Assembly: GCA_964019425.1 (NCBI GenBank)
Contig: OZ025798.1
Location: 868,001 to 932,000 of the forward strand
Length of the DNA stretch: 64,000 nt
Reading direction: 5' to 3'
From: Flectonema sp. DT1601
Taxonomy: Eukaryota
Shown: one piece after another, positions 24,929 to 37,777 of the stretch
Layout of the letters: the number at the start of each line of letters is the position of its first letter
Numbering within the stretch: the first letter of the stretch is position 1
Position numbers and translations under genes: made by a program
The notes under the pieces: model-generated
Database searches by the model: none
Seen by the model: the letters and a program-made list of their open reading frames with translations, nothing else
Told to the model about the DNA's origin: nothing

Positions 24929-26755
24929 ATGGGTTTCAGTATAAGACGATGGATCCTCGTTGGAATGTTAGTTTTCGGAGTTATTGGTTTGGGTCAGATG
25001 GCAATTTTCAATGTGCCAATCGAGAATGATGTAATCAGAGATGAACAGACGCCGACTCCAATTGCAATTATAGAATCAACTACTTTACCTGATACTTTAA
25101 CTTTATACCTCACACCTACATGTGAACCCTTTGATATTTACTCTACGAAAGGACCCTCAGGAAGAGAACCAACTCCGTGTTACTACGAAGACATGTCGCA
25201 TTACAAAAACATATTTCCTGTAGGAGCAAAACCTTGTAAAAGGAATAAAAAAAAACCTTCTGGAAGACAACATGAGATTAAATCAATGATAGAAAATTAT
25301 GCCAAGCAAGATCCAACAAAGCCATGCACTGAATGTTCAAAGCTACTTGAAACAATATGTGAATGGGATGAGAAGGGAACTGAGTGGGAATCAGGTCTCC
25401 TCCTCCTGTTATCACCACCAGTACGAAATGTTATAAAAGACACTTTTGAATGCATTCCTGACAATGATAAAAACATTGCAATCCACTCACCAGGTAGTAC
25501 TGATAGACTGTTCTTTGATGACCTTGAGCATCAGGTGTTGTTAGGAAATGAAACTCTCATAAGCCAACTCGGTCCAACAGAGTACTACAGAAAGAAACCT
25601 CACGGCATTATGATGTTAAAAAACATCGCAGTAGGTTGTGACACTGAAAGACAACCGTGGATGGACCATCGTAGAGATTGTTTCTTAACTGTAAACTCAA
25701 TTCACACAACGAATAGCGGACTAGCCGCGACTCATAGAAAGGGTCGACATGCGATATACAGACAACGACAATCTGCTTATCAATATGGTACCACAATTAA
25801 GAATATAAATCAAAAGGTCACTCATGTAACTGGAACATCAATTTTCCTAAGTAGCTTCTCTCAAGCTAATATTGGACACGCTATTCATGATGCTTTGTTT
25901 AGTTTTTTGGCGGTTCTTTCTAGCTATGAGGAGTTACAGAAAGTGTTCTCACTTCCGAAGCCTCGTCGTGTTGTTCTGGAACCAGACTTCTTCCGAAATA
26001 GTATTCGATTTTATAGTGTTTTTTGCATGATATTTAGCAAGTATGTAACGGGAACTTCCCCTCATGTTATATTGTTTAATAATGATGTGATATCTAAGCA
26101 ACGTATTGTGACTCAACAACAACGACCAGTAGACGCAAAATTATTTTCATTCGAATCGGCAATCTTCACAGGTGAAGACAGAGAACTAAAAGGATCAGGT
26201 GTATCGTCGGGAGCCAGGTATCCCGTTGTTAATCATTTTCGTAAGGCAGTTTTTGATGAGTTGGGACCAAAACAGTCATCCGATAATCGTGTTATAAAGA
26301 TTTATATTTATGGAAGGACAGATGTATATCGAAGATCGATTCTCAATTTGGGTGACTTAGTAGACGGTATTGTCAAAAAGATTGGTCGCGATCACGTAAT
26401 TCTCATACCAGTGATGTCTCTTCATCCACTGAACCAGGCTGAGTTATTTCGTGGTATTGATATTTTACTTACTGTGCAAGGGGCTCATCTGCAAAATTCA
26501 ATTTTCATGCCGTCAGATGCATCAATCATAGAATTCTCTCCTTGTCGAGCTCGTCAAACTTCATTTTTGAAAAAATATCATACGTTCTTATCTACTCAGA
26601 GTCACATCCAAGTTGAGATTTGTTTTCCTTCAATTAATCTTGGAAAGGATAAATATGGACAAAATCTAACTCTTTGCGATCACCATGTTAATATTGCTGA
26701 GGTAAAAGTGACACAGGAAATTGAGAGAATAAAGAAGCAGAGGGGGCTTCTCTAG
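24929..26755 (+). CDS. Type II membrane glycosyltransferase, GT61/DUF563-like
   Basis: N-terminal TM; NIGHAIHD; RRSILN; QAELFRGIDILLTVQGAHLQNSIFMP..ASIIEF, matching the GT61 C-terminal pattern (canonical HGAGLTN). Confidence 0.75.
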   Translation: MGFSIRRWILVGMLVFGVIGLGQMAIFNVPIENDVIRDEQTPTPIAIIESTTLPDTLTLYLTPTCEPFDIYSTKGPSGREPTPCYYEDMSHYKNIFPVGAKPCKRNKKKPSGRQHEIKSMIENYAKQDPTKPCTECSKLLETICEWDEKGTEWESGLLLLLSPPVRNVIKDTFECIPDNDKNIAIHSPGSTDRLFFDDLEHQVLLGNETLISQLGPTEYYRKKPHGIMMLKNIAVGCDTERQPWMDHRRDCFLTVNSIHTTNSGLAATHRKGRHAIYRQRQSAYQYGTTIKNINQKVTHVTGTSIFLSSFSQANIGHAIHDALFSFLAVLSSYEELQKVFSLPKPRRVVLEPDFFRNSIRFYSVFCMIFSKYVTGTSPHVILFNNDVISKQRIVTQQQRPVDAKLFSFESAIFTGEDRELKGSGVSSGARYPVVNHFRKAVFDELGPKQSSDNRVIKIYIYGRTDVYRRSILNLGDLVDGIVKKIGRDHVILIPVMSLHPLNQAELFRGIDILLTVQGAHLQNSIFMPSDASIIEFSPCRARQTSFLKKYHTFLSTQSHIQVEICFPSINLGKDKYGQNLTLCDHHVNIAEVKVTQEIERIKKQRGLL

Positions 26756-26892
26756 AATTAAAAAAAAAAAAAGCATTCTTGTTTCCGAGACGATAGACTG
26801 ACTAATTTAATAGGAAAAAAGAATCCTTACAAAAAAAAAAAAAAAAAAAAAACACTACTTTCTTTTTTTGTTTAGATAACCTTCTACACAAC

Positions 26893-27966
26893 ATGCCAGG
26901 AAGACAACAGAAACGCAAAGAAGAAGAATCCCTTCCAATAAAAAAAAGAAAAGAAGAAGAAGAAGCAGCACAACAAGATGAACAACAAGACGAGGAAGAA
27001 GGTGACGGAGGACCAACACCCATCCAGTTTTTAGAAGGTCAGGGAGGTCTGAAAGCAGCTGACATTAAGATGCTGATGGATAATTCTTTTTTTACTGTAG
27101 AAAGTGTAGCCTATGCTGCAAGAAAACGATTAACTGCTATAAAGGGATTCAGTGATGCAAAAGTTGATAAAATAAAAGCAGAAGTAGACAAGATATTTCC
27201 GTTGGGATTCTGCACCGCTGCAGACTACCACGAAGCTCGTAAAAATCAACTTTTCATCACAACTGGTTGTAGAGATTTAGATAAGCTTCTCGGTGGAGGA
27301 TTCGAAACTGGATCGATAACGGAAATCTTTGGTGAGTCAAGAACAGGAAAATCCCAACTCTGCCACACTCTCTGCATCACATGTCAATTACCAATCAGTA
27401 AGAGTGGAGGTGAAGGACGTGCTCTATTTATTGATACTGAAGGTACCTTTAGACCACAACGTCTAAGAGACATCGCAAAAAGATATGAACTCGACCCAGA
27501 TGATGTATTGGATAACATTGCCTACGGAAGAGCTCATAATTCTGATCATCAACGAAGTTTATTAGTACAAGCTGCTGCTATGATGGCTGAGAATCGTTAT
27601 GCTTTAATTATTGTTGACTCTGCAACTGCTTTATACAGAACTGACTACACAGGAAGAGGTGAACTTGCAGCAAGACAACAACACTTAGCTCAATTTCTCA
27701 GAGCGTTGACTAATCTTGCTGAAGAGTATGGTATTGCTGTTGTTATCACTAATCAAGTCGTGGCAACACCAGATGCTATGCCAGGAACTACAGCTATTAA
27801 ACCGATTGGTGGGAACATCATGGCACATGCATCTACAACTAGACTTCAGCTGCGTAAGGGAAGAGGTGAAAACCGAATCTGCAAAATTTTCGATTCTCCC
27901 TCCCTCCCTGAAGGAGAAGCTGCATTTGGTATTTTCGAAGATGGAGTTGGTGATTCTCGTGATTAG
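26893..27966 (+). CDS. RAD51: DNA repair recombinase RAD51
   Basis: [68 protein letters not shown]. Confidence 0.95.
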   Translation: MPGRQQKRKEEESLPIKKRKEEEEAAQQDEQQDEEEGDGGPTPIQFLEGQGGLKAADIKMLMDNSFFTVESVAYAARKRLTAIKGFSDAKVDKIKAEVDKIFPLGFCTAADYHEARKNQLFITTGCRDLDKLLGGGFETGSITEIFGESRTGKSQLCHTLCITCQLPISKSGGEGRALFIDTEGTFRPQRLRDIAKRYELDPDDVLDNIAYGRAHNSDHQRSLLVQAAAMMAENRYALIIVDSATALYRTDYTGRGELAARQQHLAQFLRALTNLAEEYGIAVVITNQVVATPDAMPGTTAIKPIGGNIMAHASTTRLQLRKGRGENRICKIFDSPSLPEGEAAFGIFEDGVGDSRD

Positions 27967-28806
27967 TAGCGTGAGCCAAATTGTTTTATTTTTCTATGCA
28001 TCTACAGCCATCTATCTCATGTACCTGCAGGAAAACAAGAATGATTGACCCACAGACTTCCCGTTATTCAATATGTTTTGTTATTTCCGTCTATCAGTAT
28101 TACCTACGGGTCGTTTTTAGGTGACCTTCTTTAATGCAACAAAAGAATAAAGCAAAAAAAAAACAAAAAAGAAAAAAGAGGGGGAAAAAAAAAAAAAAGA
28201 TTTGCATCGTTATGAGACGATGTTCTTTTATTTTATATTATGCTTATTGAAGAGAAAAAAAAAAAAAAAAAAAAACAATGATGAGGGAACAAAACAAAAC
28301 AAAACTAACAAAAAAAAATAGTATTTCACTGAGCTTTTGCCCGGTAATTACATAGCAAGGAGAACACCGTTTCCATCATCGAATTTATTAGATTTATATT
28401 TTTTTTTTTTTTGACTTGTCACCCCTCGAACCTGAAAACTTCATTTGCGATTTGAGTAGTAACCCCGACACGGCAATAATAAAAAAACCACACAACAGAA
28501 TTACGTTATCCTACTGTCAATTTCCTTTGTGGAATTATTGTTGCTTTTAAGGGTTTCTTAATGGGGCAATAGGGGACAAAAAAGAAAAAAAAAAAAAAAG
28601 TGCAAAACTTCTCTCCCTCAACGTTAAAACATTTTTTATTTAGATAATCTCATCATCATTTGTTTTATCCACAAACAGTACCAGAAGAAAGAATGATGTG
28701 GGAGGATGTGACTGCGAAAAAAAAAAAAAAGCAAAAAAAAAAAAAAAAAAAAAAACTTATTAGTTCGTCATTTGTTTTTATCTGCAATCAGTTTTTACAT
28801 ACACTA

Positions 28807-29376
28807 ATGGGCAGTGCTATAAAGAAATCCGCTACCACAGAGAAAGATAAAAACATTCCTGATGTATCGTATGCTGGTATCGTGGTGGGGATTATACTCT
28901 TATTGATAGGAATTATAATGTTTCGTTCTGCCGGAGGAGATTTGAACGGTATTGGGGTTCGTGGATTGATAGTTGGAACGCTAATCACGAGTCCAGTAGT
29001 CTACGTTGTCAGAATATTACAAATAAAATTTAAACCCTCACTCAAAATCGCTCTTAAAATATACATCGCAACATCTTTATTGTTAGCAACTTCTGCTATT
29101 GCTGTTTACAGCAGTGGTACTGCTGTGATTGTTAGTGCTGTTGTTGCTGTGGTGTGTGCTGGAATCTTGTTTAAGTTTTATCGTGATAGAACAGCTGATA
29201 GAACAGAGCAAGACGCAGAATCAAATCCTAAGGAAGATAAAACAGCAGCAGATCTTCCTCCGAACTACCCAACAACTCTACCACCTCAGGGATATCCACA
29301 ACCTGCTTTTCAAGGGTATCCTCACCCTGGAAACTATTATCATAATTCACCAGTTATGAATAACGCAATGGGGTGA
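28807..29376 (+). CDS. Small multi-pass (about 4 TM) membrane protein with Pro/Tyr/Gln-rich tail
   Basis: ATG at 28807 inside ORF 28660-29376; four hydrophobic segments; tail PPQGYPQP. Confidence 0.65.
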   Translation: MGSAIKKSATTEKDKNIPDVSYAGIVVGIILLLIGIIMFRSAGGDLNGIGVRGLIVGTLITSPVVYVVRILQIKFKPSLKIALKIYIATSLLLATSAIAVYSSGTAVIVSAVVAVVCAGILFKFYRDRTADRTEQDAESNPKEDKTAADLPPNYPTTLPPQGYPQPAFQGYPHPGNYYHNSPVMNNAMG

Positions 29377-29606
29377 GGGTTTTATTTCTATTTTTATCTA
29401 GCACCTGCGCGCCTCTCAAGTGTGCCGAGGTATTGCAAGTGCGTCTCTCCTCTCTTCAATCTTCCTCTCTCATATTCTATTTAACAGTTTTTTTCTTCTT
29501 TTTTGCTGTTATTGTACTACACTACCATTCCTGTTGTTATGTATTGTTCTAGAAAATGTAATCTCCATCTCCTTTCACACAGTAGGAATATATAACAACT
29601 TCCTCC

Positions 29607-30802
29607 ATGACTTTGGAGGCTACTTACATATGCATTGATAACAGTGAGTGCATGCGAAATGGTGATTTCGCACCAACAAGACTAGCCTCAGTGACTGATG
29701 CGTGTAACGTACTATGCAGTCAAAAGACGAACATGAACCCTGAAAACGGTGTTGGTTTCCTAACAATGGCTAACGAAAGAGTTAGCATCGTAGAAACTCT
29801 TACACAAGATCTTGGAAGACTCATCTCAGCGTTAACAAATGTTGCTACAGGAGGAAAGTTAAACTTGGTCCAGGGACTTCAGGTTGGACAACTTGGTCTT
29901 AAACACAGAATGAACAAGAACCAAAGACAGAGAATTGTTGCTTTCATCGGATCAAAAATCAGCAACACCGAAAAAGAATTAGTAACACTCGCTAAAAGAC
30001 TTAAGAAGAATTCTGTGTCTGTTGATGTCGTATGTTTTGGATGTGAAGAAAATATTCCGCTACTTGAAAAATTTGTAGAAACAGTAAATAGTAAACAACA
30101 AGACAAAGATACATCACATTTATTAGTAGTTCAAGAAGGTCAGTCAGTTGCTGATACGATGTGTTCATCGGCTATTATAAATCCTGATGGTCCTCCTAGT
30201 GGTGGAGGTGGAGGTTCAATGTTCGACGTTGATCCTAACCTTGACCCAGAACTAGCGATGGTACTAAGAATGTCTATGGAAGAAGAAAGAGCTCGCCAAG
30301 AACGTAACAAAGCTGAGACTCAAGCACCTGGCGAAGAACCTCAAACAGTACCTGCTCCTGAAGCACAAACAGTAAACACTCAACCAACTACTGAAGAGGA
30401 AGTTCTTGCAATGGCTATGCAGATGTCACTCGACGAAGCCAAACAGACTGAAGAGAGTGGTGGCAACCCAGATCAGCAACCAATGGACATAGAGTATGCT
30501 TTTATTTATTAATAACTTGTTATTATATAGCAACAAGAAAGCCGACAAAACAATACACACACAGTGACGATTTGGATGAGGAAGCACAAATGGCGTTGGC
30601 TTTGAAAATGTCGATGCAAGATAACACTGATCCTGAGGTATGTGACTTAATCTGTATTTTAAAAAAAAAAAAAGAGAAAAAAAAAACAATTCCAAAATAA
30701 CAGTATGATGCCATGATGGATGATGAAAACTTAACAGCGGAACTGGCTGCAGACCTCGGTGTTGATGTTGCTAAGAAGGACGAGTCTAAGGACTCAAAAT
30801 AA
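29607..30802 (+). CDS. RPN10: 26S proteasome ubiquitin receptor RPN10/PSMD4; exons 29607-30493,30565-30637,30704-30802
   Basis: MTLEATYICIDNSECMRNGDFAPTRL (vWA). UIMs DPNLDPELAMVLRMSMEE and EEEVLAMAMQMSL, plus a third, EEAQMALALKMSMQ, recovered in exon 2. Confidence 0.95.
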
Positions 30803-31052
30803 CTTCTTCTACCTCACCCTTGTAGTATAGCCATGTTTTGATCTTTTTTTTTTCTTCTTTTTTCCCCACCAATTTCCTGTTGCTATTAGAGTTTCATTGC
30901 TTTTTTTTTCTCTTTTTTTTTTCAAATTTATTTTACCCCCTTTTTTTTTTATTATTTTAAATTATTATTATTTCTTTTTAATAAGGATTCCTATTGTACT
31001 TTTTTTTCAATGGCTTCCCCAAGCGGAAGGTATTCGTTATAGTGTGAAGAAG

Positions 31053-31088
<36 letters not shown>

Positions 31089-31317
31089 TCGAGAAATTGA
31101 TGGCTACAAATTAGTAGGCTACCTCGGAATCCAGTTGGTAGTTCCATTTTCATAACGAGTGGTTCTCTATTAGTGTCCTAACAATCTGTGTGTTTCAATA
31201 TTAGTTGTTCACATTGCATTCTATCCTTTCTTTTAATATTTATGTATGTGAGATGCCTTGTGTTAGTCTGGTGATGTTACTATTTCTAAACCCTCAGATT
31301 TTAGCTTCACTAACAAC

Positions 31318-31846
31318 ATGGCCGATCAGCTTACCCACGAACAAATCGCCGAATTCAAGGAGGCATTCTCCCTCTTCGACAAGGACGGAGATGGCACCAT
31401 CACCACCAAGGAATTGGGAACCGTGATGAGATCTTTGGGACAGAACCCAACTGAGGCTGAGCTTCAGGACATGATCAACGAAGTTGACCAGGACGGATCT
31501 GGTAGCATTGACTTCCCAGAGTTTTTAACTCTGATGTCTAGAAAGATGCACGACACTGACACTGAGGAAGAGATCAAGGAAGCCTTCAGAGTCTTCGACA
31601 AGGACGGTAACGTATGTTATATTTCTATAGTTTTTGAGTGTTATCTTTTTGTTTGAATTATGTAGTGATATAATCCGATATCAAAAACAGGGTTTCATCA
31701 GTGCCGCTGAGCTTCGTCACGTTATGACCAACTTGGGAGAGAAGTTGACTGACGAAGAAGTTGATGAGATGATCCGTGAGGCTGACGTTGATGGTGATGG
31801 TCAGATCAACTACGAGGAGTTCGTTAAGATGATGATGTCTAAGTAG
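31318..31846 (+). CDS. CaM: Calmodulin, copy 1; intron 31612-31690
   Basis: [26 protein letters not shown]...[10 protein letters not shown], four EF-hands; 79-nt GT-AG intron. Confidence 0.98.
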
Positions 31847-32105
31847 ATGTTGTAATTCATTTTAAGACTTTAAAAAAAAAAAAAAATATTCCCAATTCAC
31901 TCCTCCCTCCCATGTAGAAATATAACGAATATTTATTAGTAGTACTTCGCAGCCATACGAAAGTGTTCTAAAGCCCAACTTTACTTTGAGGTAATCCGTA
32001 TAAATGCCAAGTGTTATTTTTATTTTTTTTTTTTCTAAGTAGGGTGGTACTTATCCAAAGGTTCGTCTTACTGGTTTGAAGGGTGGTTCTCTTTTCATAC
32101 CATGG

Positions 32106-32140
<35 letters not shown>

Positions 32141-32439
32141 CTCCCCTAGTAACTCCCCTTGCCTCTATTCCTCATAATACGCTATGCCTTATGTATAAAA
32201 AACTGTGCATTGAAGTTGTTCTGTTTTTCATTTTTCAACGCCAAACGATACCAGTAAGGTTGCATTGAGCAAACGGTATTTATAGCAACAGAGCGTAGTG
32301 TAAAAAAGCACTTGTAATTTTTATTGGTCTAGCGACCCCCACATGTTGAAAGTTCTGTATTAACAAGAGAACCCCCTTTTTGTGTGGAAAACAGCTGAGG
32401 GGTGAATACGAAATATAACGAAAGTATTGAAAAATTGCC

Positions 32440-32480
<41 letters not shown>

Positions 32481-32691
32481 TAAAACGCTTGCAAAAAGAA
32501 ATAAATATTGTTTTCTCGTACGGAAATTGAGAAAGATTTTCCCGCATGGATTTTCATCTATTTCTTTTTAAATAGGACTGATACTTTAAGAGAGATCTCA
32601 ACCTAACCTAATAGACGGATTTATGAAGAAGTGATCACTGTTGTCTCCATCGTACAAACTTCTCTTTTCTCAGTAATTACTTTCCTCGTAA

Positions 32692-33229
<538 letters not shown>

Positions 33230-33623
33230 ATGTTGCGACCGAAAATACGGCCTAGGCCTGAATGAGAAGGCAATGGTTGTCCCGCCCCCACCAGTCCCAT
33301 TCCCGTAATCTCGTAAAATAAATAAGCATGTAAACCACTTTTACGTTTTTCTTTTCTTCTTTTTGTGGTACTCGTTTCATAGCACGCATCGCACCGCACA
33401 GGTGCTACGATCGCTGATGTGACGAAGTGCTTCGTGTTGAGTTGCTAGCTCACTGTGGTTCACTTTCATACGTTTTCTTTGCTGCCATCCACCTAGTGTT
33501 TTGATGGTGGGCGAGAAATGGGCCACACACACACGCCACCAGTTTCTTTTGTTTTGCGGTTGATACGGTTGCTTTGAATATAAACATAATTCCTTTTCCA
33601 GTAAACATCAGCCAATCTAGAAA

Positions 33624-35399
33624 ATGGCATCGAGAATCGGAGAAAAAGAAAACAACTTCCTTCTGAAGATAAACACGTACAACGCATACGCAACAGAGGG
33701 AGCACTGAGGAAGGAAATTGTGAAGAAATTAGGACAAGGATTAGGAGGAGGGAAGTACACAGTGGAAGTACCAGAAAGGGCGGAAGCCAGGTTAGAAAGT
33801 ACTCTTCCTGGGTTAGTCAGAATTGGTAAAAATCCGAAGTCAGAATGGGCGTACTTCGCTTTTGATTGCAAGGAAACGATGGAAAGATCTCAACAATTTC
33901 TTGCTGAGATGACTGGCAAGCGTTCTCAAAAATGGGAAGTCTCTGTAGGAGCACAACAAGAACTGGACTACTTCAAGAAGAAAAGAGAACGCGACTCTGG
34001 GAAGACACAAAAACGAATGAAGTACGACAGCATCCGCGAGTTTACAGAACCTCTACACGGACAGACATATGAGGCTCAGTTAACTAAAAAGCAATCTAAC
34101 TTATTGGGGACACTTAGAGACATGCGAACCACAATTAAGAGAGCCTGGAGTCATCATCCTCCTACTTACCTTCAGGACAAACCAAGTCTTGAACTTGAGA
34201 AACTCATCCCTTCACCAGTAGTAAATGGTTATCGTAATAAAGTTGAACTAACATGTGGCTTTGGTAAAAACAACGAACCGACAATTGGATTTCTATTCGG
34301 AAAAACTGAAGACGAGATGGGTTGGATAGAAGAACCTTATGAAATGTCAATTATAAATGATGGAATGAAATCTATTATCAAACACTTCAGTGAAACACTG
34401 AAATCCACAGTTGAAAAGTACCGTTGCTACGACAAGATAACACACACTGGTATGTGGAGAGGAATGCAGATTAGAGAAGGAGAGGAATCAGGCAATCAGG
34501 TTTTCATGGTGGAAATTCAGATTAACGTCGCGGTAGCAGACATCGACGGTGAACAGTGGAAGGACTTGGCTGACATTGTCCGTGCGTCGCTTACTCAAAT
34601 ACCATCTGTTGTTTCTATTTATATGACTTCCCACACTGTGATCAACAACATGGTTAGTGAGGAAACATCAACAACAAAACTTATTCATGGACAGGAATTC
34701 GTTTATATTTCTGCTTTGGGAAATAGATTCAAGATTTCACCGAGATCGTTCTTCCAAGTAAACAGTAGAGGTAATGAAGTACTATTGAATGCTATTAGAG
34801 AATACGCTGATCTGTCTGAGGATACGGTCCTTTTAGATCTTTGTTGTGGTACAGGAACTATTGGTATCTCATTAGCGAAGTATGTCAAGAGAGTAATTGG
34901 TGTTGATATGGTTGCTTCTGCAATTGATGATGCAAAGGAGAATGCTGAACGAAACAACGTCACGAACGCAACATACATTTGTGGTAAGGTAGAAGACGTG
35001 ATTCACTCCATTAAGGAAAGTTTTACAGTTTCTGAGAAAGTTGTTGCGATTGTTGATCCACCACGTTCTGGATTACACTCAAAGGTTTTATATTTCTTAC
35101 GTGACTGTCCTATTAATAAGTTTGTCTACGTATCTTGTCGCCAACAGTCACTCGTCCAAAACACAACACTACTAACAAAGCCGACCAGCAACAATATTGG
35201 AGGTGCTCCATTTGTACCAACCAAGTCTTTGGGTGTAGACTTATTCCCTCATTGTGATCAACAAGAGATGGTTGTATTGTTTGAGAGACATATCAAAGAA
35301 CCTGCTAAAGCTGAACCAACAGAAGAAAGCAAACCAACAGAAGAAAGCAAACCTATGGAACTTACAGAAGATAAGCCTGAAGGAACAGTTGCCCCGTGA
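33624..35399 (+). CDS. tRNA (uracil-5-)-methyltransferase TRM2/TRMT2A-like
   Basis: GYRNKVE, FKISPRSFFQVN, LDLCCGTGTIG, IVDPPRSGLH, VYVSC, VDLFPH; RRM-like N-terminus. Confidence 0.9.
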   Translation: MASRIGEKENNFLLKINTYNAYATEGALRKEIVKKLGQGLGGGKYTVEVPERAEARLESTLPGLVRIGKNPKSEWAYFAFDCKETMERSQQFLAEMTGKRSQKWEVSVGAQQELDYFKKKRERDSGKTQKRMKYDSIREFTEPLHGQTYEAQLTKKQSNLLGTLRDMRTTIKRAWSHHPPTYLQDKPSLELEKLIPSPVVNGYRNKVELTCGFGKNNEPTIGFLFGKTEDEMGWIEEPYEMSIINDGMKSIIKHFSETLKSTVEKYRCYDKITHTGMWRGMQIREGEESGNQVFMVEIQINVAVADIDGEQWKDLADIVRASLTQIPSVVSIYMTSHTVINNMVSEETSTTKLIHGQEFVYISALGNRFKISPRSFFQVNSRGNEVLLNAIREYADLSEDTVLLDLCCGTGTIGISLAKYVKRVIGVDMVASAIDDAKENAERNNVTNATYICGKVEDVIHSIKESFTVSEKVVAIVDPPRSGLHSKVLYFLRDCPINKFVYVSCRQQSLVQNTTLLTKPTSNNIGGAPFVPTKSLGVDLFPHCDQQEMVVLFERHIKEPAKAEPTEESKPTEESKPMELTEDKPEGTVAP

Positions 35400-35691
35400 T
35401 GACAAGTTCAAAGAGAACAGACGCATATCATATCTCATAGTGTTAGTTTGTGGCGCACTCACTTTTTGCAGCCATCTTCTCGAAAATAAAAGAAAAAAAT
35501 AGTAAATTACGTTCTGATCTCATTGCGGTTGTGGGAGGTACAAACTGAAGTTTTTAGTTGTCAATTTCTATATATTTTTCCTTACCAAGTTTTAAACAAA
35601 AACATGCGTTCGACAAAGACTGAAATACTTACCTGTTATTGTTTATGTCGACATAACTCTAACGTCAAATTATTCAGAAAATATTAAAAAA

Positions 35692-36102
35692 ATGTCGGGC
35701 CAGCCTCCAGCTGGTTACAGTAAGGAGAAGAACGCCCCGAGGGTGGCTCCAGGATCGCAGATGTGTCAGAATTGCTACCAAAAAGGTCATTGGACGTATG
35801 AATGTACAAAGAGTTCAGTGTACCTTTCGAGACCGAGTGCTACACAAATATTAGAAAAACCATCATTGCATAAAGTAACAGAAGTTCATATTGGGAAAGA
35901 GAAGGAAGCTCCTAAATCAGAAAAATTAATGCGCCTCGAAGACAAACTAAAACGATTAAAACAAAAGAACAAGAGAGCTATGTCGAGCAGTAGTAGTAGC
36001 AGTAGCTCAAGTAGCTCTTCATCGAGTAGTTCAAGCGACTCTTCTTCATCGTCGTCATCTTCTTCGTCAACTCCGAAAAAGAAGAAGAAGCGCAAGAAGT
36101 AA
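35692..36102 (+). CDS. Zinc-knuckle protein with poly-Ser tail (ZCCHC10-like)
   Basis: CQNCYQKGHWTYEC..YLSRPSATQIL followed by a poly-Ser tract and a basic C-terminus. Confidence 0.85.
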   Translation: MSGQPPAGYSKEKNAPRVAPGSQMCQNCYQKGHWTYECTKSSVYLSRPSATQILEKPSLHKVTEVHIGKEKEAPKSEKLMRLEDKLKRLKQKNKRAMSSSSSSSSSSSSSSSSSSDSSSSSSSSSSTPKKKKKRKK

Positions 36103-36491
36103 TCCACCAAAACATTAACTAGTTTGAATCCTACCTAGAAAGGCTACTCTTCGCATTAGTTATAATATCAGCACACTAATGAAGACACACGCAAAATAAT
36201 CAAAAAAAAAAAAAAAAGGATACCTAACACGTCGATATGCCATCCTCTACCACCGTTATTAGCGGTAGTCGTTAAAAAATGATTTTTTTTTTTTTTTTTT
36301 GTTTTGTTTTTTTAAAGAGAATTGGTGTCTTCACTGATTAGTTCCCCAAAGTCTACTCAAGCCGAGTGAAATAAAACGATGAAAAAGATGCACTCCTTGG
36401 TTTTTTTTTGTAATAATTTCCTCTCTTTAGGTTGTTGTACATTCAAAGACATGAAAAACATTAAAATGATTCCAAATCGTGAATAGCTAGC

Positions 36492-37649
36492 ATGGACTGC
36501 TCACATCTTTGGAAGCTGTACGAAGAACAAAAGCTCGTTGACTGCACAATAGAAGGAGGGAAATTATCTTGGAAATGTCATCGGGTCATTGTGTGTGCGG
36601 CATCACCTTATTTGGAAAAGGAATTTATAAATAATAATACCAACACCTTGAGACTGCCGTTTATAAGTAAAGTATCTAACTGTTTTGGTGAGCTTCTTCC
36701 GTTCCTTTATGATAATAGATGCGAGTGTGACATACCACTAAAATATACTCTTCGGTTGATGGTGTTGGCTGGATTGTTGGGTATAAAAAAAATCCGTGAT
36801 AGGATCTTTAACAAAATAATTCAATTCACGAACAAAGGTCCGATGGAAAGTTGTGCCATTGCAACGCTATTGTCTGACACGTGGATAAAACCAAAGTTGA
36901 ACGTTATTTCATCACAATACCAGCACATCAACGTAACCGATACAGTGAAAGACTTATCAAGATACTGTCGCCTTATTAGTGATAATTGCATTAACATTAT
37001 GAAACCTTTCGCTGGTAATATTCAAAATGATATTCAACCGGAGGTGTTGATGTCTCTATTTCAAGACAGCGCGGTGAGTCCAAACACTATATCAAAATTA
37101 ATAGTTACGTATGTTGCTAATAAGAAGCCATCATCGTTGCCTAGTGAGATATTCACACAGGTTAGACTGCCGTTGGAATCACCTCTTGGGTCACGAACTC
37201 CGATAAACTATCCTGTTAGTGAAGTATTGGAGAAAGAAATTGAGTCGGACTGTGATATTTTTCAAAGCACTGGTACCGCTGCGAGTGTTTTCACGAATCC
37301 TAGTGCTGCAGGAACAGCTGATTCAGTTGTAAAAATAAGATCAGATTTATCATCAGCAATCAGTCAGTTGAATGGAAATATTGATCAAATGAAGTCGCAA
37401 GTTTCACTTTTAGAATCTTTCATTACGAATCGTATTAATTTGATATCTGAAAATATAAATCGAGATCGAGATGATAGTCCAGAGCTTCTTGATGCACAGC
37501 TGTCGGAACCACTACCGTTATTAATACCCCCTTCTCGTACTTCTGGTAAATCAAAGTTGATTCGTATTGAACAACTGTTAGCTGACATTGCTGAGGACAC
37601 TCAATCATCACTATCTGTGTCTCCATGTAGAAAACGACTTAAAGAATAA
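36492..37649 (+). CDS. BTB/POZ-domain protein
   Basis: LVDCTI...WKCHRVIVCAASPYL...FGELLPFLY pattern. Confidence 0.75.
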   Translation: MDCSHLWKLYEEQKLVDCTIEGGKLSWKCHRVIVCAASPYLEKEFINNNTNTLRLPFISKVSNCFGELLPFLYDNRCECDIPLKYTLRLMVLAGLLGIKKIRDRIFNKIIQFTNKGPMESCAIATLLSDTWIKPKLNVISSQYQHINVTDTVKDLSRYCRLISDNCINIMKPFAGNIQNDIQPEVLMSLFQDSAVSPNTISKLIVTYVANKKPSSLPSEIFTQVRLPLESPLGSRTPINYPVSEVLEKEIESDCDIFQSTGTAASVFTNPSAAGTADSVVKIRSDLSSAISQLNGNIDQMKSQVSLLESFITNRINLISENINRDRDDSPELLDAQLSEPLPLLIPPSRTSGKSKLIRIEQLLADIAEDTQSSLSVSPCRKRLKE

Positions 37650-37777
37650 AACGAACATTTTTGTTAACACAAACTGATATTTATAATTCTAAACTGCGTT
37701 GTTTTTTTTTTTTTTTTTTAAAATTCAAATTTCCTACCCCCCCTTTTTTTTTTTCAGATACGATTTAAGACACTACC

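Noticed and set aside
30494..30530. 37-nt intron in RPN10 using the AG at 30530
   Set aside because: Gives the wrong frame for the third UIM; the acceptor at 30564 restores it.
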